Shown here: in pieces, positions 38,265 through 48,586 of the stretch
Layout of the letters: each line of letters starts with the position of its first letter
How positions within the stretch are numbered: the first letter of the stretch is position 1
Assembly: GCA_965277175.1 (NCBI GenBank)
Contig: OZ255715.1
Coordinates: 2,941,216 to 3,005,215 of the forward strand
Length of the DNA: 64,000 nt
Direction of reading: 5' to 3'
DNA from: Edaphobacter sp.
GTDB taxonomy: Bacteria > Acidobacteriota > Terriglobia > Terriglobales > Acidobacteriaceae
Program-made: the position numbers and the translations under genes
Notes under the pieces: model-generated
What the model saw: the letters and a program-made list of their open reading frames with translations, nothing else
Databases searched by the model: none
What the model was told of the DNA's origin: nothing

Positions 38265-38606
38265 ATGAGTTTGGATTTGACGCCGGTTCACCGCAACCTC
38301 CATACGAAGGTCACGTTTCTTGGCCTCGAGTTTGAGGATCTGATCCTGGTGCTCGCATTGGCGGCTCTCATGAACCTGCTTGCCCACTTTGCCGGGAACG
38401 ATGCTCATTTCCTGGGGATGCCACTCAACATCTTCATGGAGTTTGTCGTGCCGGTGTTGGCCGTTCCGTTTTTGATCCTGTTCAAGTATGGGCGTCCCCG
38501 GGGATATCTGACCGATCTTGTGCGGTCATTCTTCTCGCCCCGCGCGTGGTGCGCACTTGAGCGAGATTCGCAACAAGCAGACCCTTACGTCGTCGAGGAG
38601 GAGTAG
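38265..38606 (+). CDS. VirB3-like protein
   Basis: VTFLGLEFEDL, two TM helices, KYGRPRGYL; upstream of virB4. Confidence 0.65.
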   Translation: MSLDLTPVHRNLHTKVTFLGLEFEDLILVLALAALMNLLAHFAGNDAHFLGMPLNIFMEFVVPVLAVPFLILFKYGRPRGYLTDLVRSFFSPRAWCALERDSQQADPYVVEEE

Positions 38607-38610
38607 CGGT

Positions 38611-38814
38611 ATGCAGGCTTCGATCAATACAGATGCGGACGGAATGGTGAATTGGCGGCTCGATCCAGAGGCAGCTCAGGCTGTATTCGCCAGCGTGGTC
38701 TTCGCCTCGCGATTCCACGAAGGGATTACACCCCTCGCCGTGATGGCGGCAGAAAGATTACATGGCGACGAGCAACCGCGTGCGACCGGAAGGAGAACAG
38801 AACTATGCCAGTGA
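38611..38814 (+). CDS. Small hypothetical protein
   Basis: Fills the gap between the virB3-like gene and virB4; overlaps the virB4 start. Confidence 0.5.
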   Translation: MQASINTDADGMVNWRLDPEAAQAVFASVVFASRFHEGITPLAVMAAERLHGDEQPRATGRRTELCQ

Positions 38815-41453
38815 CCTACCCGGAACACGAGAAGAAATTGAAGTCGCCCGCTGTGTGTGAACTCTTGCCGCTTCGGGACCTTCCAAGCGGCGACAACGTG
38901 ATGGTGCGCACCAATGGTGCCTTCGTCGCCGGCTATGAACTCAAAGGGGTGTTGTCTTACTTTGCCACGGACGATGACCGAAATGACTCCAAGCTAAAGC
39001 TCGAGGCGTTGTTTCGCGGCGTACCCGACGTCAGCATGCGCATCCAGTTTAGGTATGAAATCTCCGAGCACTTGGGGGAATTGCTCGAGAACTACCTGGA
39101 CCAGAGACGGGTGGAGCAGGTGGACGTCGAGGCCCTAGATGCACACCGCCTTCGGATGTGGCGACAAAAAGAGAAAGACGGATATTACTTTGAACCTCGA
39201 CTTCATATCTACTTTATTTGGGACCCGCGGATTCACGCGAAGCTATACCACTCTGCGCAACAGAACAGAAAGCTCGGTGGTTTCACGGTCAGCCAGAAGA
39301 AGGCGATTCAGCGCACCCGCAAAGAGCACGAGACCTATCTGGCGGAGTTTGAGTCAATTCTCAGGGGTGTCGAAGCCTCAATGGAGGTGGCGGCTCTGGG
39401 TCCCCGCCGGCTCTCAACGCAGGAGCTGTTTGAGGAGTTGAAGCATTCCCAACATCCCACCCGGCGTGACCATCGCCAATATGTTCCGGGCGAAGAGATG
39501 TTGGTCTATCGCAGTGCTCGAGAACAAGCAACGCAGTCGAGCATTCTCAATGAGACTGAAACCTACCTCAATATCGACGGTTATCTTTACTCCGTGATCA
39601 GCCTCAAGGAACTCCCGGACGCTACCTTTCCGGGAATGCTGCAAAAATTCTCTACGCTTGGTTTTCCAGTAATAGTCAGCGCACAGGTTGTCATCCCCGA
39701 TCAGGTGAAAGTTCTAAAGGGATACAAGAAGCGGTTGCAGAAGATGACCGCTGCGCAAAAGGATGCGAATGGCAACTTCAAGGTAAATCCCGAGGCCGAA
39801 GTCGCGCAGGCGCAACTTCTCCAGGTTCAGCGGGACATCATTTCAAGCTCCCTCAAAACGGCAAAACTAAGCCTGTCGGTGGTCGTCCGGACGTCGCGGC
39901 ATGCTGCTACCTTCGGGGAGCTTGAGCAGGCGGAACGCGAGTTAGCCAATCGGACACAAGAAGTGTTGAACGGCTTTACACATATGAATGGAGCCAAGGC
40001 TGTCGCCGAGACGATCGCCAAGCGTCGCATCTTCCTGGGAACCTTACCCGGAATGGGTGACCCAGATAAACGTGATCAGGACATGCTCACGTCAAACGTC
40101 GCCGATCTCGTCCCGGTAGAAATGCCCTGGACAGGGACCCGTCGCAGCCCACTCATCCTGTTCGAGACGCCTTATCGCCAGCTCATTCCGTATTCCATGT
40201 TCGATCCCAGCTTGTCGGATGCGAACGGATTGCTTATGGCTACAACCGGAGGAGGAAAGACCCTCTTGGCCCAACAACTATTGCTGATGGCGGCCCGGAG
40301 CAATGCGTTGATCTCCATTATAGAGAGCGGGGATTCCTACCGACCCTTGATCGAGCTGATGGGCAGCCAAATGATAGAAGTGTCCCTGGATAGCGATGCC
40401 ACTATCAATTCCTGGGATCTACCAAAGGGAGAACTGAGACCATCAAATGACCAGATCTCATACATAAAAAACCTGACCCGGCACATGTTGGGAGAGAACA
40501 CACCTCCAGACCTGGACATCGATCTCTTGGACAGTGTGTTGCTCGCTGCGATTACGTCGACATACAAGCGCTGCAGCTCAAAGTCTTCCAACCCCATTCC
40601 ACTTTTCGGGGACTTCGCCGCGGAACTGGCTCATTGGCAGGACCGAGATCGAAACCAGAAGATCAACGAAATGGCACGTCTGGCGGCGACGAAACTTCGG
40701 GTCTGGGTGGACGAGGGACCGTATGCGAAGCTCTTTGATCGGCCAACCACGGTCCCTCTCGACAGTCCTTGGCTCTACTTCAACATCGACAAACTAAAGA
40801 ACGACCCCAGGCTCGAAGGTGCGATGAGCCTCCAGATTGCTCACACTTCAATCCATCGAACTTCTGGCATGAGCGGTCGTCCGAGCTTGAGCATGATCGA
40901 TGAGTGCAAGGTTGTTTTCGACACACCCATTCTGGCGGCGACCGTCGAACGGGACTTTCTTACGGCGCGCAAACGATACGCAAGTGTCTGGGCAATCGGG
41001 CAGACCCCCGAGCAGATTGTTGGTACGCCAGCTAAGCCCAATCCCTATGGCATTGGTATCGCCAAGAATGCCAGCACGAAGATCATAGGCAAACAGCCTG
41101 GTGACATGACCGCTCATCGCGAGCACATGCACTTGAATGAGACGGCCATCAATCAGATCAAAGGGTTCGCGCAGCCGAGAAAAGGTCACAGCGCTGAATT
41201 CCTCATTGCCATCGGAGAAAAGGCTGAGTCTACGCATGTCATTCGGATTGCGCCCACTCCGGTGGACTACTGGATCACCACAACCTATCCAAGAGAGCGT
41301 ACCTATCGCAAGTGGTGGATGAGGAAGCATGACGATGTGCCATTGCTGTCTGCATACGAAGCCCTGGCCCGATCCTACCCGCGTGGCCTAGCAGAACTCG
41401 CTCCTCTTCCGGAAGAGCGTTCTGGTGAAGTACTGGAGGCATTGGCGCAATGA
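38805..41453 (+). CDS. virB4: VirB4-family T4SS ATPase
   Basis: 882 aa; Walker A ATTGGGKT, Walker B MIDEC, RKRYASVWAIGQ; RBS AAGGAG before ATG 38805. Confidence 0.9.
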   Translation: MPVTYPEHEKKLKSPAVCELLPLRDLPSGDNVMVRTNGAFVAGYELKGVLSYFATDDDRNDSKLKLEALFRGVPDVSMRIQFRYEISEHLGELLENYLDQRRVEQVDVEALDAHRLRMWRQKEKDGYYFEPRLHIYFIWDPRIHAKLYHSAQQNRKLGGFTVSQKKAIQRTRKEHETYLAEFESILRGVEASMEVAALGPRRLSTQELFEELKHSQHPTRRDHRQYVPGEEMLVYRSAREQATQSSILNETETYLNIDGYLYSVISLKELPDATFPGMLQKFSTLGFPVIVSAQVVIPDQVKVLKGYKKRLQKMTAAQKDANGNFKVNPEAEVAQAQLLQVQRDIISSSLKTAKLSLSVVVRTSRHAATFGELEQAERELANRTQEVLNGFTHMNGAKAVAETIAKRRIFLGTLPGMGDPDKRDQDMLTSNVADLVPVEMPWTGTRRSPLILFETPYRQLIPYSMFDPSLSDANGLLMATTGGGKTLLAQQLLLMAARSNALISIIESGDSYRPLIELMGSQMIEVSLDSDATINSWDLPKGELRPSNDQISYIKNLTRHMLGENTPPDLDIDLLDSVLLAAITSTYKRCSSKSSNPIPLFGDFAAELAHWQDRDRNQKINEMARLAATKLRVWVDEGPYAKLFDRPTTVPLDSPWLYFNIDKLKNDPRLEGAMSLQIAHTSIHRTSGMSGRPSLSMIDECKVVFDTPILAATVERDFLTARKRYASVWAIGQTPEQIVGTPAKPNPYGIGIAKNASTKIIGKQPGDMTAHREHMHLNETAINQIKGFAQPRKGHSAEFLIAIGEKAESTHVIRIAPTPVDYWITTTYPRERTYRKWWMRKHDDVPLLSAYEALARSYPRGLAELAPLPEERSGEVLEALAQ

Positions 41454-42292
41454 ATGTAGAAGTGAAATCAAACGAGCGGCTTCCGAATGACATCCCCCTT
41501 TTGGGGAGCGAACCAGCCCAAGGGCTGGCCTCTCAATCTCGACGGAAAAAGAGGTTGAGGATCGCCCTTCTGATTCTGGCGACCACCGTTGCGCTGCCAA
41601 CTTTGGGACACGCGCAGTTCCTGACTGCCTTCGACTCGATCTTCAAATCCATTCAGAGCGACATCGGTAGTTCATTGAGCTCTGTCAACCAGATCATGCA
41701 ACAGGTGACAAAGCTGTACCAGACGACGATCGCGCCTCTGGCCGCCCTCAATCAAGCTCGCGGATTTGTCGCCAATTCGATCTCTAGTTTTCGTAACTCA
41801 ATGAACCAAACATTCAACACGCCATTCACAAGTGCGGTTACGCCCGGTCCGCAACAGTTCGAGTCGATCTTGCACAGTCGGCTTTCAACCCAGATTCCGT
41901 CACTTCAGACGAGCTTCACCACGAACTACGGGGCGATACCCCAGGCCAACACCGCATCCCCGCAGGATCGCGTGATGATGGACATGGACGACGCGCTCGG
42001 TCAACAGAACCTGAAGACGACGTTAGTCGCGGATCAAGGTCAAGATCTCATTCTTCAGACTGCGAACCAGATGGAAAATCAGGTCGCGGTAAGCACTCCT
42101 GGTTCGAATCCATACCTCACCGCACAGGCACAGGTCGCAAACCTCCGGTGCCAAGCCTACATGCAAATGATGATTGCGGCAGAACTGCGCCAGGAGGCCG
42201 GCCGCATCGCTCACGACAATGTTCTCGTCAAGCGCAGGACCACCATGACCGGTGGAGTGAACAGCCTCATCACAGGGACGCTGACCAAATAA
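41450..42292 (+). CDS. VirB5/TrbJ-like secreted helical protein A
   Basis: Signal peptide (GHAQ), Q/N/T-rich helical; lies between virB4 and virB6. Confidence 0.55.
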   Translation: MNVEVKSNERLPNDIPLLGSEPAQGLASQSRRKKRLRIALLILATTVALPTLGHAQFLTAFDSIFKSIQSDIGSSLSSVNQIMQQVTKLYQTTIAPLAALNQARGFVANSISSFRNSMNQTFNTPFTSAVTPGPQQFESILHSRLSTQIPSLQTSFTTNYGAIPQANTASPQDRVMMDMDDALGQQNLKTTLVADQGQDLILQTANQMENQVAVSTPGSNPYLTAQAQVANLRCQAYMQMMIAAELRQEAGRIAHDNVLVKRRTTMTGGVNSLITGTLTK

Positions 42293-42302
42293 GGAGGACG
42301 CC

Positions 42303-43211
42303 ATGACAGATCCAACGAGAACCCCCGACAAAGTTCGCAGGCCATTCTTCTGGTGGAAGAGACAGTCTACGCCGGAAGCTATAAGACCCATTCTGGTGAG
42401 CGACACAGACACACAGTCTTTGAAGCGTCCCTGGTATCGATCGACGGCGCTCAAGATCGGAGGTGTTGCCTTTGGTGTCTTGCTCATCGTACCGAACCAC
42501 GCGCGCGGGCAGTTCGGCATCGACACCGCGGCGATTATGGCGGCCTTGTCACAAATGCAGTCGCTCATGAACACCTATATCGCGGCGCCTCTAAAGACGA
42601 TTAGCCAGTACGAGCAAAGCGCAGCGAAGTACGAGCAGCAGGTGATGTATCCGCTGACGGCGATCAATCAGGCCAAAACCTCCGTGATGCAATCTGAAAG
42701 CCAATTCACCCAGCTGAGCAATATGTTCCGTACGGTGAACGTTTCGAGCGCCACTCTGCCGCAATCGCAAAACCTCGAGTCATCGTTGCTCTCGCGTAAC
42801 GCCGCCAACGTGCCAACCGTCTCGACTCAATATCAACAAGTCTACGGCGTCGTGATGGCGCAAAACACGACGTCCCCTGCGGTTCGCACTATGACGGATA
42901 TGACCGACGCTCAGGCTCAAGACTCCATGAAAAGAGCGATAGAGATCGACGCATTGGCGACGGCGGAACTCAGCGAAGCGGACCAAATGGGGCAGCAGAT
43001 TACGCAGGCAGCGCCGGGCAGCGCTCCCATCCTGGAGGCGGAAGCGGATGTATGGGTGGTCCGCGCCAATGCCTATACTCAGGCCGCACTCGCCGAATTA
43101 ATGCGAACTCGCGGAATAGACCTTGCCAATCAGAGCAAGGTCGCGAAGCTCGCAACCACAGACAACACCAGCAACAACAACCTCATCAACGGATCGCTGA
43201 CGAACAGGTGA
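42303..43211 (+). CDS. VirB5/TrbJ-like secreted helical protein B (paralog of A)
   Basis: PLTAINQAK versus PLAALNQAR; TDMTDAQAQ versus MDMDDALGQ; APGSAP versus TPGSNP. Confidence 0.55.
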   Translation: MTDPTRTPDKVRRPFFWWKRQSTPEAIRPILVSDTDTQSLKRPWYRSTALKIGGVAFGVLLIVPNHARGQFGIDTAAIMAALSQMQSLMNTYIAAPLKTISQYEQSAAKYEQQVMYPLTAINQAKTSVMQSESQFTQLSNMFRTVNVSSATLPQSQNLESSLLSRNAANVPTVSTQYQQVYGVVMAQNTTSPAVRTMTDMTDAQAQDSMKRAIEIDALATAELSEADQMGQQITQAAPGSAPILEAEADVWVVRANAYTQAALAELMRTRGIDLANQSKVAKLATTDNTSNNNLINGSLTNR

Positions 43212-43218
43212 CACCATC

Positions 43219-44643
43219 ATGATGTTCCTTCACCCCAATGTCGCCATGCTCGCGTTCTTTCAGGGAACGCAACTAAGTCTGTTCGAACGATTTTTGACGC
43301 AGGCTGTTTCTGGGATCAGCTCGACCGGCATCACGTCTGGTATGCAGAACGCAGCTTACGTCGTGCTACTAGTTGGTTTCCTTTGGCAGATGTACCAATC
43401 TGCCTTACATGGAGGAGATGTTCGTGGTCTCGGAACGAACCTTGTGAAGTATGTCGTCACGGCGATCGTTGTGATGAATTACAGCGCCATCTTCACTGCG
43501 GTGAACACAGGCTTCGTGAATGCTGGCAATTGGGTGGGTAACGCTTCCAGCTTTGGCAACCTGCTCGACAACTGGAAGACCGATCTTCAGACCCAGTTCA
43601 ACCAAGCTGGATCTCAAAAGTTATGGGGGCTCGTAACAGGCGATATCCCTGGCCTTATAGACGCAATCTTAATTATCGTCGCCTATCTCCTTTACCCATT
43701 CGTCATCGCGATCTTCGGATTCTTTTACATCTTTTATGGCAGCGTACTTTATATCTTTGGTCCGATCGTGATTGCGCTTATGCCGCTTGGTGCCACGAAC
43801 CGAATCGCCAAAGCCTACGTCGAGAACCTCTTCATTTGGAATTCTTGGCCAATTCTCTATGGCGGTTTTGGGGCTCTACTGGGCGCGGTTCAGATGGGTC
43901 AAATCAGCCAGATGTTGAGCCAAAACAACTTTCTTGGTGGCCTCGGGAATCTTGAAGGTTCCATCCTGATTGGCATTGCGAGCATTATCTATTCCCTGGC
44001 AATTGCGGTAATCCCTTTTATCGCCAAGAGGATTATTAGCGGTGACGTCGGGTCTACGGCCGGCGCACTGATCGGTGCTGCGGTGACGGCGCTAACAGTG
44101 GGTGCAGCAGGCGTTGAGGGCGCGGTCGCGGGCGCATCCGGTGCCGGGGCAGGCGGGAGTGGAGCTGCCGGAACTGGATCTGGCGCCGGGGGGTCGGCTA
44201 CAGCCACATCTACAGGCAAAGGCGGATCGGAAGTTGCCGGGGGAGGCTCGAACCAACCGGCTCGGCCGCAGGGCAGCCCAAGGGTGGCAGCGCAGAATCT
44301 GGCCGATCAGGGGTTCGGAGGTTTCAGCGGTGGTCCGACGATCGAAGGTCACGCAGAGCAGATGCGGAGTTCCTTGAGTGACGCTCTAGGCGGAAACGAT
44401 ACGAACGGCGAGGGGGAGACCACAGCCGGGCCAACCACCCCTGGGACCAACGCAGCTTCGACAGGTACGCGCGGTAGTAGCGGCACTACCAGCGGCGGAG
44501 GCAGATCGTCGCAGCCAGCCAAGAGAGGGCCAACCGTTCATCGCTACAACATCGGCACCTGGGGAACGTATCACGCCGCGCGGCTGGTGGCGCGCACCGT
44601 GGCGAGTGCCGCAGGAACTAAGGACAGCGACGGCAAAAACTAG
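43219..44643 (+). CDS. virB6: VirB6/TrbL family protein
   Basis: Polytopic TM core, FGPIVIALMPL, long G/S/T-rich C-terminal tail. Confidence 0.8.
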   Translation: MMFLHPNVAMLAFFQGTQLSLFERFLTQAVSGISSTGITSGMQNAAYVVLLVGFLWQMYQSALHGGDVRGLGTNLVKYVVTAIVVMNYSAIFTAVNTGFVNAGNWVGNASSFGNLLDNWKTDLQTQFNQAGSQKLWGLVTGDIPGLIDAILIIVAYLLYPFVIAIFGFFYIFYGSVLYIFGPIVIALMPLGATNRIAKAYVENLFIWNSWPILYGGFGALLGAVQMGQISQMLSQNNFLGGLGNLEGSILIGIASIIYSLAIAVIPFIAKRIISGDVGSTAGALIGAAVTALTVGAAGVEGAVAGASGAGAGGSGAAGTGSGAGGSATATSTGKGGSEVAGGGSNQPARPQGSPRVAAQNLADQGFGGFSGGPTIEGHAEQMRSSLSDALGGNDTNGEGETTAGPTTPGTNAASTGTRGSSGTTSGGGRSSQPAKRGPTVHRYNIGTWGTYHAARLVARTVASAAGTKDSDGKN

Positions 44644-44651
44644 GAGGACCC

Positions 44652-45395
44652 ATGAAGAGCAATACCATTGCAACAGCAGAGCCCATCACGGTCGCACCCA
44701 AATACTATGAAGTGGACGGAGCTTTGAAAGCGAATGCCAACAAGGCGTGGCTTCTTGCGTTTCTGACCGTTCCCATCGCCCTGCTCGCCATCGGGTTTGC
44801 GATCTTCGTGCGGCTACAGCCTCCGACGGTGATTCGCATTGGCCCCAACGGTGAGGCCGTCGTCTTAGGCAGACCGGCAAAGGGTTCGTCCGTCGATCCA
44901 TCGTCCACAGGCACGGATCAATTTCTCGACCAAGCATTTGCGAAGCGGTTTCTTGCCACGTACCTGAACTACTCTCCTGCGGACGTTGATGATCACTGGG
45001 CCAACAGTCTAAACATGATGACCCGCAATCTGCGCGCATACACGATCAAGGCAATGGCTGACGACAACACGCGCGGAAAGATCGATGACGATCAGATCGA
45101 ATCGGTGTTCCATTTGCGCGAGATCGAGCCCGTCACCGGCGAGCCTCTTACTTATCTCATCTACGGGGTGAAAGACGTTCACCGACTGTCGAAAGGCACA
45201 GAATCAACGGACCACTTCGTCAACGAATACCGCCTCCGCCTAATTGCTGACCGGCGCTCGGATGTGAATCCAGATGGGCTTTGGATCGCGGAGTACAGCG
45301 AGCGCCCGATTGACGGTGAGCGCCGGGACCGCATCCTGAACGCACCGGACGCAACACCGGACAGCGGCGTTTCAGACAATAAAGGAGGCCAATGA
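44652..45395 (+). CDS. VirB8/TrbF-like protein
   Basis: Single TM, QPPTVIRIGPNG, NTF2-like region FAKRFLATYLNYSP, GLWIAEY. Confidence 0.7.
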   Translation: MKSNTIATAEPITVAPKYYEVDGALKANANKAWLLAFLTVPIALLAIGFAIFVRLQPPTVIRIGPNGEAVVLGRPAKGSSVDPSSTGTDQFLDQAFAKRFLATYLNYSPADVDDHWANSLNMMTRNLRAYTIKAMADDNTRGKIDDDQIESVFHLREIEPVTGEPLTYLIYGVKDVHRLSKGTESTDHFVNEYRLRLIADRRSDVNPDGLWIAEYSERPIDGERRDRILNAPDATPDSGVSDNKGGQ

Positions 45396-45694
45396 TGGAA
45401 ACAGCAGTTGCGAAGGGCGCGGAGTTACAGCCGGTTTCCGGTCCACCGGCCGAACCGAGACGAGCCCGGCGGCCTCGTCAGCAGACGGAGGAGATCGTTC
45501 GCTACTTTCTGGCCAAGGAGGGATCTTCCCCGGAGAAGCCGGAGCTTGGAGTGGAAGTGGCCAGCGAAGGCGAGGCCTTGATCAAGGCATTTCAGTCCAA
45601 AAATGGAGTTATTTATACCCTCCTTGCTTACAAGGCGGAGGCGGAGATACAGGGAGGATCTCCGACATTGGTAAAGCGACCCCTGCGCAAATAG
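45392..45694 (+). CDS. Hypothetical protein
   Basis: ATGA-coupled ORF with RBS GGAGG. Confidence 0.6.
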   Translation: MMETAVAKGAELQPVSGPPAEPRRARRPRQQTEEIVRYFLAKEGSSPEKPELGVEVASEGEALIKAFQSKNGVIYTLLAYKAEAEIQGGSPTLVKRPLRK

Positions 45695-45930
45695 GGCCGC
45701 TTGGTCACGGGATTCAAAGAGGAGACATACCTGAAACACGGCTAATGTCCACCTCCTTTGACGCCTTATCGCTTTTGCGATGAGGAATTCCGCTGACCCG
45801 GTTTGCACTCTCGAACCTGGCTCGGTCTACACCCACCCCTAACCCGGGCGGCCAGGTGAAGAGATAAAGAAACCGGCGATCAGCAGGTCTCTTGTCACTT
45901 CGTTGGAAGCGCCAGACAAGTGAGGAGAAA

Positions 45931-48513
45931 ATGACAGCGACTAGGACACAGAACACGGCGATCAACCATCAGCTCATTCTCGAGCTGAAGATTGATGCGT
46001 CCGGACAAGTGACTCGTAAACAAAGCAAGCTGGGCAGGAAGGATACGCTCGAGGGCAAGCTCCTTGCGCAAGTCTATCCGGGCATCCAGGTAGCGCGTGT
46101 CAGTGTGCCGTTTGAATTGGCGCCGTATGAGCAGTCAGTGGTCGAGAACACCATGATGAAGCTCTCCTATGGCGGGGTCGAGTACAGGCTCGTCGGTGCG
46201 AGTGGTTCGGCGAAGGATGGCAAGTTTTACTTCGTTGATCAAACGCACGCCGGCAAGATTGCTGAGCGCTTTCAGCATTGGCCCGAGGCAGCGATCGTGT
46301 ATTTCGCGATCCTCGTCTCCGACTGCAAGCTAATGGTAGAAGAACCTGATCTCCGTATCGCTGTTGTCGAGGACCACGTCCTTGGCACCAACGATTGCAG
46401 GGGTTGGGCGCGTGAGTCTCTCTACAAGAAGCTGAAGATCGGCACCAACCGTTTTTGCCAGTTCCGGTTAGCATTCGATGTTCGCGAACCGAAACAGGCG
46501 AAGGGTGCTCTGAAGGCGATGAGCGATCGCGTAGCCGAAAGGCTCGGGGTTGATCTTATTCTCCCGGAGAGCGCCTGCAAACCAGCGTTGAAAGGAAGCG
46601 TTCGCTTCCTTCCTCAGTTGGGAACCTCCGGCCGCATGTACACCGGACCAGCGTATCTCGGGATCAAAGAAGTTTCTCGAGTATCGGAGTTCGGGTCGAG
46701 CTACACATTGATCGAACATGCATCGGAAGACGCTCTTCAGTTTGAGATCATGCTTTGGGCTCTCAAACGGATCAGCAAGCTGAGAAAGGCTTGGGACGAA
46801 GGCGACTATCAGGCGTTGTTCGAGATCATCGGGAAATCCGAGATCGCCGCGAACGATGATGATGTCAGCTTCGATCCTGATTCACTGGAGCAGGGACAAG
46901 ATTCTGCTTCGGAAGGATGGGACCCGGCAGAAGCTGTTCTCTTGGCTGACCGCACCGGAAACGCAATTAAGTTCCCGTATGTGTTCAATCAACTGAACCG
47001 CAAGTTGGCACGTTGGGCCTTTCGTACCTGTACTGGCGGTGATCTGAAACTACCAGCGTTCGCTCTCGCGGATGATGGAGTGCTCATCGAGCATCGAGGG
47101 AAGATCATTTCGGCTTCGGATTGGATTCCCGAGGACACCTCCATTACGTCCCTGACGGCAGAAAAGGGTCTTTGCGTCCGGTACCCCATCCGGATGCAGG
47201 AGGACCTCCTTCCAGTTCGTCACCTCACTAATAACGAGTTCGTCCCGATGTTGAAACAGGCATTGGGCGCACCCGATCTTGATGAATCGGTGGTTGCTCA
47301 CATTCTTGATCGTCAGCTTCGCATGGAGGGAACCTACATCCTTCACTCGAAGACGGCCAGCAAGAACGGCGGTGACTTCGATTTCGATACCATCTGCGTG
47401 ATGCCGTCCGATCAGTTCCCAAAGTTTATCGAGGGAAGGATCGCGTACGGAGAGAAGTTTCAGCAGGAAAAGACCAAGCATAAGAAGGCGAAGTCTCCCT
47501 GGTGGAATGTTTATCTGGTTGCCATGAAGGCACGGGGAAACAAGATCGGTTCCATCACCGATCTTAAGACCTCATGTCTAGCGGCGGGACGGCCTGATTT
47601 GGCTTACAAGCTCGTCGAGCAACTCCAGAACGCACTCGATTCTTTGAAACACAAGGTCGAGATTGATGAATCCGTCATAAGCGACATCCGGAAGGAGATA
47701 GCACCGGCACCTTGGCTCCGTTACAAACGTGAGCGTAAAGTGTCGGATCTACCGGCCCATCTGAACGATGTTGCAAGCACGGACAAGGTTGGAAGGCTCT
47801 ATAACGTACTGCGCAAGGAATTCGGCTTTCTGCCCAGTCCGACTGACGGCAACTTCGAAGAAAGAATGTCGATTGAGGATTTTCGCGGACTCTTTACAGG
47901 TGAGACAGTCACCCGAGAGATGTTCGAGGAATGCCAACTCGTCAATTCAATCTACGGAGATATCGCCAGTCGAATTGTCCAACGGGAAGAAGAGATCAAG
48001 CTGCAGCTCAAGAACGCTCAGGCTCTATGGGAGGCCGTCCGCAAGAGTGAGGACAAGGAACAGCGAAAGTCTGCTGTCCTTGCTCGCAATAAAGCGCAGG
48101 CGGCCCTTTGGGAGCATGAGAAGGATGCGAAGGACCAGTTCAGTTCGCTCCATCTATTTGTGCATTATTGGGCGCAAGGCAAGGAAGAAAACCGTCGGGC
48201 ATGGGCACAGGCGATGAACACCATCGTAACTGGTGGCACAGGCTCGGGGGCGGTACTCTTTCAGGCTTTCCCTCAAGAGGTTGTCGATACCTTTGCGGAG
48301 GTCACCGGCGGCCAAAAGGTTCGTGTACGTCTTCCGAAAACCATCAATGGACACGTTCGGTTTGACCCTGAGCAGCGAGCCTGGCTCGTCGAGCGCTTGG
48401 TCAATCCCGAAGGCCCTGAAGGTGAGAAGAAGGTCTTTCTCTTTCAATACAAGGGAAAGCGGAACCTGGTCTTCGAAAACACGAGTGCTCCGGCTGTGAT
48501 GGAGAACTCTTAA
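45931..48513 (+). CDS. Putative single-subunit two-barrel RNA polymerase (RdRP/YonO-like)
   Basis: Ordered motifs YRLVGASGS, NDCRG, QFR...KG, SACK, RYP...EDL, GGDFDFD (47368-47388), IGSITD, ALDSLK; RBS GAGGAG. Confidence 0.75.
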   Translation: MTATRTQNTAINHQLILELKIDASGQVTRKQSKLGRKDTLEGKLLAQVYPGIQVARVSVPFELAPYEQSVVENTMMKLSYGGVEYRLVGASGSAKDGKFYFVDQTHAGKIAERFQHWPEAAIVYFAILVSDCKLMVEEPDLRIAVVEDHVLGTNDCRGWARESLYKKLKIGTNRFCQFRLAFDVREPKQAKGALKAMSDRVAERLGVDLILPESACKPALKGSVRFLPQLGTSGRMYTGPAYLGIKEVSRVSEFGSSYTLIEHASEDALQFEIMLWALKRISKLRKAWDEGDYQALFEIIGKSEIAANDDDVSFDPDSLEQGQDSASEGWDPAEAVLLADRTGNAIKFPYVFNQLNRKLARWAFRTCTGGDLKLPAFALADDGVLIEHRGKIISASDWIPEDTSITSLTAEKGLCVRYPIRMQEDLLPVRHLTNNEFVPMLKQALGAPDLDESVVAHILDRQLRMEGTYILHSKTASKNGGDFDFDTICVMPSDQFPKFIEGRIAYGEKFQQEKTKHKKAKSPWWNVYLVAMKARGNKIGSITDLKTSCLAAGRPDLAYKLVEQLQNALDSLKHKVEIDESVISDIRKEIAPAPWLRYKRERKVSDLPAHLNDVASTDKVGRLYNVLRKEFGFLPSPTDGNFEERMSIEDFRGLFTGETVTREMFEECQLVNSIYGDIASRIVQREEEIKLQLKNAQALWEAVRKSEDKEQRKSAVLARNKAQAALWEHEKDAKDQFSSLHLFVHYWAQGKEENRRAWAQAMNTIVTGGTGSGAVLFQAFPQEVVDTFAEVTGGQKVRVRLPKTINGHVRFDPEQRAWLVERLVNPEGPEGEKKVFLFQYKGKRNLVFENTSAPAVMENS

Positions 48514-48517
48514 CCGT

Positions 48518-48560
48518 AAGGGAGAAGCTTGGCATATTGCCGGCTTCTCCTTTGCTTTTT
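48518..48560 (+). terminator. Intrinsic terminator after the polymerase gene
   Basis: AAGGGAGAAGC...GCTTCTCCTTT stem with an inner TGGCA/TGCCG stem, followed by a T-rich tail. Confidence 0.7.
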
Positions 48561-48586
48561 ATCAGAGTGTGCCCAAGGAGGCCGCT

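Noticed and set aside
43990-44500. G-rich low-complexity stretch
   Set aside because: It encodes the usual Gly/Ser/Thr tail of VirB6/TrbL proteins, not a DNA repeat element.
45790-45806. GCTGACCCGGTTTG upstream of the polymerase gene as a copy of the operon-head motif
   Set aside because: Several mismatches including the TTG; could be chance.
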